Part shown: piece after piece, positions 50,040 through 57,123 of the stretch
Position numbering within the stretch: the stretch's first letter is position 1
How the letters are laid out: the number at the start of each line of letters is the position of its first letter
Made by a program: the position numbers and the translations under genes
Sequence record: NC_070882.1
DNA: 64,000 nucleotides
Reading direction: 5' to 3' (one strand)
The notes under the pieces: model-generated
Databases searched by the model: none
What the model was told of the DNA's origin: nothing
What the model saw: only the letters and a program-made list of their open reading frames with translations

Positions 50040-50183
50040 ATGAACTGGAAAACTTTGACCGCTATTAGCATCGGCGTATTCATTGGTGCTACCATTGTAT
50101 TCGGAGGAGATCTATTCGCGACTAATCAGAATGATGAAACTACTGTCGATGAGGCAGATGCAACTCCAATCAACGTAGAATGA
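50040..50183 (+). CDS. Unannotated 47-aa single-pass membrane protein
   Basis: GAGGTG RBS; MNWKTLTAISIGVFIGATIVFGGDLF + acidic tail; ATGA overlap with the next gene; below the ORF-track size cutoff. Confidence 0.8.
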   Translation: MNWKTLTAISIGVFIGATIVFGGDLFATNQNDETTVDEADATPINVE

Positions 50184-50620
50184 CTTACCGCAGCATAGAG
50201 GTCCTTAGGAGCCACTTTGCTGTCGATCATTTAACGGATCTGTTGTACATAGATTCGGTAAGAGAACAGATTGAACATTTCCGTTTCTATTACCGTGGTA
50301 CTGAAAGACATATCTGTAAAGAGAAAGGCGAGTATTGGTGTCTTCATAGAGGACGTAATGGGGAGTGGGTTAAAGAGCAACTCACTGAAACAATCCTTTC
50401 TGAATTTAAGGTACTCGATCACGAATGGCGTATACTTGCTGGCATTGAGTTAGATGATACTACTGAAGTAAAAGAAGAACAAAAGGAGTATTATGATTAC
50501 TTGAAACAAAATGAAAAGAAAGTAGAAGAGGAGAGTGCTAGTGAATTGATGGCAGCATTGTTCATGGGAACAATGTTTACTGTAACAAGTTGCCACATCT
50601 ATCGGATGTGGAATAAGTAG
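50180..50620 (+). CDS. Early protein with C-terminal hydrophobic anchor (146 aa)
   Basis: LMAALFMGTMFTVTSCHIY near the C-terminus. Confidence 0.7.
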   Translation: MTYRSIEVLRSHFAVDHLTDLLYIDSVREQIEHFRFYYRGTERHICKEKGEYWCLHRGRNGEWVKEQLTETILSEFKVLDHEWRILAGIELDDTTEVKEEQKEYYDYLKQNEKKVEEESASELMAALFMGTMFTVTSCHIYRMWNK

Positions 50621-50747
50621 TTTGAGTGATGTTTGTTCATGGGAATATTTACCTGATAGGTAAGGATATGTAGGACTAAGAATAAGGAGGGGACTCTTTA
50701 TATTCTTTTATCCTACAGTTCTTTTAAATAGACCTAGGTAAATACTC

Positions 50748-51383
50748 ATGAGCAACATCCCTTTCTACTGGACTGTAAAAACAACCGGTTTAACCGAATC
50801 CGAATTAATCAACACCGTACTTCGTCTTCATGAAGAAGTTGATAGTGTAAATGATACTATCATCGATGGTACTCTAGTAGACCTCGATGTATTGTTAGAA
50901 GTTAAAGGACAAGATGATCTAGTTGATGATGCTATCATTGATTGGATCCGTGATAACTATAAAGCAGGCGATAACATCGTTCTGAAAGTAAAAACTAATC
51001 GATTTGTATTTGGTTGGTTTGCACAAGGTATTGTTGATATTGGAGCAATTCTCCAGAAATATGAACAAGTCCCTGACATGCCAATGGTATTCGATACCTT
51101 TAAGCTGAAAGATTACAATAAAGAGAAACCCCGTAAGAAAGGTTTCTTTGAACAGTTTAAAGAAAGTATAAATCCGTTGGTTGAACTAGCATATCAGAAT
51201 AAAGGCTCTATCGCTGGAATTGCACTCGTTGCAGGTAGTGTACTCTTTGCAAAAAAGTTACAAGACGATCTGGTCAAAACCACAGAAGAAACCGTCCGTA
51301 AGACAATGCAAGAATTTGAACCACCGACCGTCGAAATCCATATCGATGAGTATGGTACATTTGAAGACGTTATTGTTGATTAA
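50748..51383 (+). CDS. Hypothetical protein with one hydrophobic helix (211 aa)
   Basis: SIAGIALVAGSVLFA segment; AGGT RBS. Confidence 0.7.
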   Translation: MSNIPFYWTVKTTGLTESELINTVLRLHEEVDSVNDTIIDGTLVDLDVLLEVKGQDDLVDDAIIDWIRDNYKAGDNIVLKVKTNRFVFGWFAQGIVDIGAILQKYEQVPDMPMVFDTFKLKDYNKEKPRKKGFFEQFKESINPLVELAYQNKGSIAGIALVAGSVLFAKKLQDDLVKTTEETVRKTMQEFEPPTVEIHIDEYGTFEDVIVD

Positions 51384-51388
51384 GACAG

Positions 51389-51423
51389 CATAGAGCCCAG
51401 CCTTCCATAGGCTGGGCTCTATG
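51389..51423. terminator. CATA..TATG element between convergent genes
   Basis: CATA-GA-GCCCAGCCT-TCCAT-AGGCTGGGC-TC-TATG. Confidence 0.8.
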
Positions 51424-51426
51424 TCG

Positions 51427-51939
51427 TTAAGAGAGACCAAGTGCGGCTTCTTCCTCACGTGCTTTCTTTTCAGCAACCGCGCGCATGCGTTCGTTGAACT
51501 CTTCAGATGTCTCGTTAATGACACCAATTTCACCTTCACCGGCGGCGTGTTCAAACTCACCAAGATCTTCATTATCGATATCTGGTTCTGAACCGCGGTT
51601 ATCTTCACCAGGTACGGCAACGAACGGGTTCTTGTTCTTAGCTTGCCTAATGAACTCTGCCATCGATTCAACCAGATCACGTGCAGACTTATTACCTTCT
51701 GCTTCAATCTGTGTACGACGATTCTGGATAGTCGTGCGATCCATCGAGTCCATAACTTTCAACATCGAATCAATAGATTCTTTGTCGGTTGGAATAGTAC
51801 CATCCACACGGGAGGTCATTACACCATGAAGAATCCGATGCTTAACGTTTTGTGTAAGTTTTAGCTGGTCTTCATAAGAAAGCTCAGAGTACAAAACCTC
51901 TGGTTCTGTCGGAATAAATTCCGGGATCGGAGTTTCCAT
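51427..51939 (-). CDS. Conserved hypothetical acidic helical protein (170 aa)
   Basis: GAGG RBS; divergent from 52015. Confidence 0.75.
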   Translation of the reverse strand: METPIPEFIPTEPEVLYSELSYEDQLKLTQNVKHRILHGVMTSRVDGTIPTDKESIDSMLKVMDSMDRTTIQNRRTQIEAEGNKSARDLVESMAEFIRQAKNKNPFVAVPGEDNRGSEPDIDNEDLGEFEHAAGEGEIGVINETSEEFNERMRAVAEKKAREEEAALGLS

Positions 51940-51980
51940 TTTACTACCTCACTGTTGAGAAATACTCAACGGAATAACAA

Positions 51981-51989
51981 TATGCCATA
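51981..51989. promoter_or_regulatory. Candidate face-to-face late promoters TATG-C-CATA
   Basis: TATG on both strands in the 75-nt gap between divergent genes. Confidence 0.45.
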
Positions 51990-52014
51990 AAATGCGGATT
52001 AGGGAGTTTTCTAT

Positions 52015-52557
52015 ATGATTAATACGCTACGCCGCTGGTTACGGGTGTTCCAGCCAGTATCCAAAAAACAACTGTATTCAGCACTGCTTGATCAGTTTGA
52101 AGACGAGGGCGTGCGTCGTGATAATTATCCCATCATGCTTGCAGAATTATGGAATAGAATCGATGTCAAAGACTTCGGTGAAATTTCACCTAGAGACATG
52201 ATGGCAGTAAACATGGAGCTGCGACATACTAACGTAACTTATCTGATTGAACAGATGAATGTCATTAACACAATGGTATCCACCGGCGATCAAGCAGCTT
52301 TAGAACAAATTAGTAAGAATGAATTCACTCAATTCAGTAGAGTTAACTTAGATGAATACTTTGCTGATGCAAGAGGTTATTCTGTAGATATAGTCGACTC
52401 TTTAGAAAAGCTTAAGACGTATCTTGATAAACATGCAATGATTCTTGAAACACAAACCGCGAGCTTCTATAGAAGAGTTTTAGGAAGAGTGTATCATGAT
52501 ATCCTTGTACTTACCCAAACGCTTGTTGATACCATGAAGGAAGAAACTATGAAATAA
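52015..52557 (+). CDS. Hypothetical protein (180 aa)
   Basis: GGGAG RBS. Confidence 0.75.
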   Translation: MINTLRRWLRVFQPVSKKQLYSALLDQFEDEGVRRDNYPIMLAELWNRIDVKDFGEISPRDMMAVNMELRHTNVTYLIEQMNVINTMVSTGDQAALEQISKNEFTQFSRVNLDEYFADARGYSVDIVDSLEKLKTYLDKHAMILETQTASFYRRVLGRVYHDILVLTQTLVDTMKEETMK

Positions 52558-52610
52558 ATAGAGTTGCGAAACGAAACCTTCTCTTTAATCACCGTAGGTG
52601 TAAATGAAAA

Positions 52611-53366
52611 ATGGATTCTGTACAAGACCTTCTTTCCGATCCCCTTAAGGGAACGTTGCGAGCATCCGATATCCCGTGTTATCTGTTTCGTGAAGTTCTA
52701 TTGTGGCGTAAGATTAACCAACGTACATGGAACCGGCGGCAAGAAGCTTTCTTTGAGAAACCTTGGAATAAAAATAATCAAGACAAGGGTAACCTGAATA
52801 AAGCTCTTAAGTCAGACACGATGCAGTGGTCCGCTTTCAGAAAAGCAATTGACTTCCTGAACCCAGTCCACGCAACACTGGAGATTAAACTGACATGGCG
52901 TGACGATCGTGTTAGTTCGTATGTCATCACGATGGATCCCGAAGAACGGGAAGATGTTCTGACGACCAACAGTTTCCCTTGGCAGGATTGTAAGATATTC
53001 GAGAATGCTAAACCCGCAGGTACATTGATGGCGCATCTTTTCAGGCACGTTGTTGCAATGGAAGGGAAAGATAAACCAGATATTAAACTCTGGTGGGAGA
53101 AGCTTTTTGATGATTACACGAAGAATCCCGTTAATGTAGTTGGATTGACTCAGAAAGAAGTGAACCAAAATGTAAACACGTTACGACGTGCTCTGCTTGA
53201 TCCGAGGGTATCTTTGAATAACTTCCGTCGTGGCATCCATTTGCTACGCGCAGTTAAGGAAGAATATATTCTGACCCTCCGTTGGTCCGATGATCCAGTT
53301 GTCCGTGAATCACTTCCGGACTCTGTTCACAAGATCACTATAACTGACCCTGTAGTTGTGGAGTAA
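52611..53366 (+). CDS. Hypothetical protein with internal domain duplication (251 aa)
   Basis: AL..D.....FRKAI.FL......L.W.DD pattern occurs twice. Confidence 0.75.
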   Translation: MDSVQDLLSDPLKGTLRASDIPCYLFREVLLWRKINQRTWNRRQEAFFEKPWNKNNQDKGNLNKALKSDTMQWSAFRKAIDFLNPVHATLEIKLTWRDDRVSSYVITMDPEEREDVLTTNSFPWQDCKIFENAKPAGTLMAHLFRHVVAMEGKDKPDIKLWWEKLFDDYTKNPVNVVGLTQKEVNQNVNTLRRALLDPRVSLNNFRRGIHLLRAVKEEYILTLRWSDDPVVRESLPDSVHKITITDPVVVE

Positions 53367-53370
53367 GAGA

Positions 53371-53748
53371 ATGGATAACTGTATTGACCTGAGCTCTCCC
53401 CTTTGCCCTGATGTCCTTCAGTTCCATTCATCCGTGTTGAAACATACGGTTACCGGAACAGCTTTTTACAGCTGGAACGGTTTCCGTTTGTATCTTATTA
53501 CAGGAAAGGTTCATCCCAAATATCTAGATGGTATCAACCTTGAAGAAGCTGGGGTGGAAAGTAGATACAAGTTCGTTCCAGATCTGTACGAAAAGATGGA
53601 GGAAACTCTTCGTGTGTGCATTGCCAAGTACCCCCTCCTAAAACTTAAACTTAATAAAAACACACAGATTGTGTGGCGTGCTCACGGTATTACCCCAGCT
53701 GAAGAAGAATGGGTCAATATCGTTAAACGTGTTGCTTCAAGTATGTAA
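53371..53748 (+). CDS. Degenerate NADAR-like protein (125 aa)
   Basis: FYSWNGFRLYLITG...EETLRVCIAKYPLLKLKL resembles the phage NADAR pattern F.S.EGFW.WL.TG...KI..NP.L...L. Confidence 0.4.
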   Translation: MDNCIDLSSPLCPDVLQFHSSVLKHTVTGTAFYSWNGFRLYLITGKVHPKYLDGINLEEAGVESRYKFVPDLYEKMEETLRVCIAKYPLLKLKLNKNTQIVWRAHGITPAEEEWVNIVKRVASSM

Positions 53749-53760
53749 AGTGACTGCCTT

Positions 53761-53783
53761 GGGTTCTCCCTTCGGGGAGAGCC
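53761..53783 (+). terminator. Hairpin terminator
   Basis: GGTTCTCCC-TTCG-GGGAGAGCC; poly-T at about 53808-53819. Confidence 0.65.
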
Positions 53784-53830
53784 TAATGGCAATCATTGTA
53801 TGACTCTTATTTTTTTTTTGGTGAAATTCA

Positions 53831-54955
53831 ATGGTACAATTAGCGATCCCTTCATTTACTGGTTTACCAGATGCGGCTGTCAAAGAGGTTGATGCCTATA
53901 CAGAACAAAGCGCTGAATTAAAAAATCAGCTAGCCTCTAAGGTAACAGCATTTGGTGTAGGTGCAGACGAACTCATTCAAAAATCACTTGGTGTTGTTAA
54001 AGGTATCGGTAACAAGATCCTTAACAACGGTATTGATCTCAACATGGCTAGAACACGAATTGCGGATGCCCTAAAAGGGTCACGTAGTTCCATTGTAAGT
54101 CTAGCTACGGATGTTGAACGATCGATTATGGAAGAGTTAACCGGAGAAGATACCGGTACAGGTTATGTTCGTAAAGCAACGGATATGATCGATGGCGTTA
54201 AAATGGTTCTCAACCAAAAGGATTATTATTTTAAAGATGGGAACTTTAGCGGAGTTAATAGTATTATTGGGTTCATGGGTGACCTGACTAATAACTCATT
54301 GCTCCGTGTATTCGATCTTGGTGCTGAAGCAGCACTGATGAAAGGGATTATCGAAGAGGTTACAGCTTGGGGTATACCCGATCTAGTTGATGAAACCTTT
54401 GGAGCCAAGTGGACGGATAACAAGTATGAATACGACTATGATGATGATTTCAGATTCTCTGTTGTTAAGCGAGCTTCTGCTAGTATTAGCCCTAGTACTG
54501 ATCTTGCCACAATCGAAAGGTTAATGCTACATGGCGGTGTTTCAGCACTGATCGCTGAGAACCCAAATTTTCCTGCGCAGTTACTACAGAATTACGTGTT
54601 CCCTGAAGAATGTGTACCTGGTGGTCCTTTCCCTAAAATGATTCCTGACCCGAATAATCCAACTGGACCTGAGATCCCAGATCCAACTGGTGCACAGGAA
54701 CGTCCTAACTACGCCGACCAAATGGCTACTTTAGTACGCATCCTTAATCAACTCAAACCAGACTGGTTCACTACTCGGCGCCAGGGTCAACCCGTGTGGA
54801 ATCTTTACTTCCTAAGTCACGCTTCTGAAGATGCGACCACATTGATTCTTAGTAGTGAAACTCATCGTGAAGCAATGTTGACAGCTCCGTTCTACAAGAT
54901 GGAAAACCCAATAGAGCTGATCAAGTCGTTCTATCCTGATGCTGCTATTCAATAG
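53831..54955 (+). CDS. Virion structural protein (374 aa; gp174-like)
   Basis: TATG at 53799; synteny next to the protease block. Confidence 0.55.
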   Translation: MVQLAIPSFTGLPDAAVKEVDAYTEQSAELKNQLASKVTAFGVGADELIQKSLGVVKGIGNKILNNGIDLNMARTRIADALKGSRSSIVSLATDVERSIMEELTGEDTGTGYVRKATDMIDGVKMVLNQKDYYFKDGNFSGVNSIIGFMGDLTNNSLLRVFDLGAEAALMKGIIEEVTAWGIPDLVDETFGAKWTDNKYEYDYDDDFRFSVVKRASASISPSTDLATIERLMLHGGVSALIAENPNFPAQLLQNYVFPEECVPGGPFPKMIPDPNNPTGPEIPDPTGAQERPNYADQMATLVRILNQLKPDWFTTRRQGQPVWNLYFLSHASEDATTLILSSETHREAMLTAPFYKMENPIELIKSFYPDAAIQ

Positions 54956-54958
54956 CGA

Positions 54959-54991
54959 CATAAAGCCCTCCCTTTTGGGGAGGGCAATATG
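54959..54991. terminator. CATA..TATG element
   Basis: CATA-AA-GCCCTCCC-TTTTG-GGGAGGGC-AA-TATG. Confidence 0.8.
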
Positions 54992-55018
54992 CCGTCTTAA
55001 TCTAACTTAATTGAGAAC

Positions 55019-55026
55019 TATATTAC
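55019..55026 (+). promoter_or_regulatory. Early promoter TATATTAC
   Basis: Exact core 27 nt after the hairpin element. Confidence 0.75.
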
Positions 55027-55122
55027 AAACGTGAATTGGGTGAGATGTTCGAGCATCCCACCCAGTTTGCGATACGTCTGATTCGGTTAAACTCAGACTT
55101 TCTTCACATGGGATAGAAACCT

Positions 55123-55434
55123 ATGAAAAAATGGCCTTTCATTAACGAGAACTTCCGAAGATTAGTAAGAATCTTCTCGGTAGATGAAGGGCGGGAATAT
55201 TACCTTACACCTGAAGGTTTAGCACTGGATGATGTGAGTAATACTCTCGCATATAATTCGGTAGATAAGTATAAACTTGCTTTAAATAAAGCTCGTAAAC
55301 TTATAACCCAAGGTGTGTTCGGGAGATCAGTCTACCTGGACGGTCAAGATGTAACAGAAGAACAGATCAATGGTAAACCACAGTTAGTCCGTTGGCCACC
55401 TGTTAATGAAGAAGCTTATGGCTTCGTAGCATAA
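55123..55434 (+). CDS. Early hypothetical protein (103 aa)
   Basis: Single gene between an early promoter and a hairpin element. Confidence 0.7.
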   Translation: MKKWPFINENFRRLVRIFSVDEGREYYLTPEGLALDDVSNTLAYNSVDKYKLALNKARKLITQGVFGRSVYLDGQDVTEEQINGKPQLVRWPPVNEEAYGFVA

Positions 55435-55437
55435 AGG

Positions 55438-55471
55438 CATATCGCCCTCTCCTTCGGGAGAGGGCTTTATG
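55438..55471. terminator. CATA..TATG element between convergent genes
   Basis: CATA-TC-GCCCTCTCC-TTCG-GGAGAGGGC-TT-TATG then a T-tract. Confidence 0.8.
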
Positions 55472-55482
55472 TTCCATTTTTT

Positions 55483-56316
55483 TTATCGCATGTAAGCAGG
55501 TACACGAATCGGCTTCTTACGCGACCAACCTAGTTGTTGAATTAGATCAGTAACGTCTAGATTAGGATCAGATTCCATACCGATATTAGCACGCTTCTGT
55601 GCTTCATCCTGCATCTTCCAAAGGGTAGCAGGTGTGATGATAACTTCGGTATCGGAGAAACTTTCCAAAGCAGGGGAGGTATATTTGTTAGCAATATAGA
55701 TACCACCCTCACCGACGAAGTCCCAGGTGGAGATTTCCCGTGTATACTTAATACCACGCATTACGTCGTCCTGTGTGATAGAACGAACGGAACAATAGGT
55801 ATTGATGCTTGGGTTATCCAAAGACTCTTTAAAAATGTGACCAAACGGACCGTAAGGTTTAACCTCACCGACGACCATTTTAACAGTCTTACCATTTTCA
55901 TTCTTACCGGGAACAATAGTCAATGCACGGATATGTGCACAAACCCGGTTATCGTCGATCATACGAATACGTTGCAGGTATTGACGATCATCCATCGGTT
56001 GACGAACAACACGACCATCAATCATCAGGTCTGTAAACGGTTCAGGGTGTTTGAACTCCATGAAGAGAACACCTTTCTTAAGGCGACGCATCAGGGAAGA
56101 GTTCGGATCAAACATCGCAACGCCACTGGCTTCGTCATAGAACATACCAGCAGAGTTATGTGTACCATAGGCACCCAGAACTACAGTATAATAACCGTCC
56201 GCATTCGGCGCAAGAATTCCTTTTTTGTCCGTACCAGCTAACATAGTGCAGCCAATACGTACCTGATTCTGCGGAGAATTTTGGACACCAAAAGAAGATT
56301 GTGCCAAAGGATGCAT
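55483..56316 (-). CDS. Prohead (head maturation) protease, gp175-like
   Basis: YYTVVLGA, EFKHP (His), YCSVRS (Ser), STWDFV motifs; C-terminal ALE/GME self-cleavage candidates. Confidence 0.85.
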   Translation of the reverse strand: MHPLAQSSFGVQNSPQNQVRIGCTMLAGTDKKGILAPNADGYYTVVLGAYGTHNSAGMFYDEASGVAMFDPNSSLMRRLKKGVLFMEFKHPEPFTDLMIDGRVVRQPMDDRQYLQRIRMIDDNRVCAHIRALTIVPGKNENGKTVKMVVGEVKPYGPFGHIFKESLDNPSINTYCSVRSITQDDVMRGIKYTREISTWDFVGEGGIYIANKYTSPALESFSDTEVIITPATLWKMQDEAQKRANIGMESDPNLDVTDLIQQLGWSRKKPIRVPAYMR

Positions 56317-56331
56317 TTCTGCAACTCCGTG

Positions 56332-57054
56332 TTATGTCCTCAATAGCTCTTCAATCACTTCTACTTTCTCACTAGGGTTCACTAGTGCAGAGTTGATAGC
56401 GTCGCTGAAGTAAGCACCATTAAGTTTTGAGGTGGTATCTGAGGTGTTCCAAATAACCGATCGGAAAGGTACGGTTACTGGAGGTTTATTTTTAACATCA
56501 TCATGCCGCGACAGAATGTGGCGGTATAGTCTTGTCATATCATCCGGATCACGAGCGATGGTTGAAATGATAAGCTCGATAATCGAACGACCACCAATAA
56601 ATGTATCTGCATGTTCTTTTGCAGTTTCGAACATTTTCGCCATGTCATAATAGTTCATATACCAAGGGATGTTCCCTTTGGATACGAACTCGTCGTACAT
56701 GTAATATGTTAGTGTGTCGTTGACCACAAGATGTGTCGAATAGAAAACTTTATCACCTTTCTCGAAACTAAATTCGTAATAAGGTTCACTCTCTACAACA
56801 ACACGCTCAGTAGAGTTTGGAAGAATGCGCATCATCGCGATTGTATTATTAACCGCGTAAAACTCTTCATTCATGATGATAGGAAAGAATCCAAATATGA
56901 ATACTTCACTACCTAATACAGCCAAGTTCTTAGCAGCAAAACGTTCTGGAATTTGAATCTTACAGGGAAGGTTTGTAGCAATACCACCATCTTCCAATTC
57001 AATCAGATTTGCATTTACGCGTGCAGCATCACGTGTTAATTGCCTAACGTTCAT
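56332..57054 (-). CDS. Virion protein gp176-like, proposed fifth subunit of the virion RNAP (240 aa)
   Basis: Position between protease and gp177/gp178; PFRSV..N.S..SKLNGAYF motif; functional link recalled from SPN3US work. Confidence 0.55.
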   Translation of the reverse strand: MNVRQLTRDAARVNANLIELEDGGIATNLPCKIQIPERFAAKNLAVLGSEVFIFGFFPIIMNEEFYAVNNTIAMMRILPNSTERVVVESEPYYEFSFEKGDKVFYSTHLVVNDTLTYYMYDEFVSKGNIPWYMNYYDMAKMFETAKEHADTFIGGRSIIELIISTIARDPDDMTRLYRHILSRHDDVKNKPPVTVPFRSVIWNTSDTTSKLNGAYFSDAINSALVNPSEKVEVIEELLRT

Positions 57055-57089
57055 ATAAGTCTCTTCTTAGAAAAAGGAAAGTTGACACA

Positions 57090-57115
57090 CTCCGGTACCC
57101 CGAAGGATACCGGAG
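57090..57115 (-). terminator. Hairpin after the gp177-like gene
   Basis: Minus strand CTCCGGTATCC-TTCG-GGGTACCGGAG followed by TGTGTC. Confidence 0.65.
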
Positions 57116-57123
57116 GTTATCAA

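Noticed and set aside
1015-55471. Hairpin family as a CRISPR array, MITE or REP element
   Set aside because: Copies are isolated, stems differ in sequence, there is no repeat-spacer periodicity, target-site duplication, transposase or cas gene
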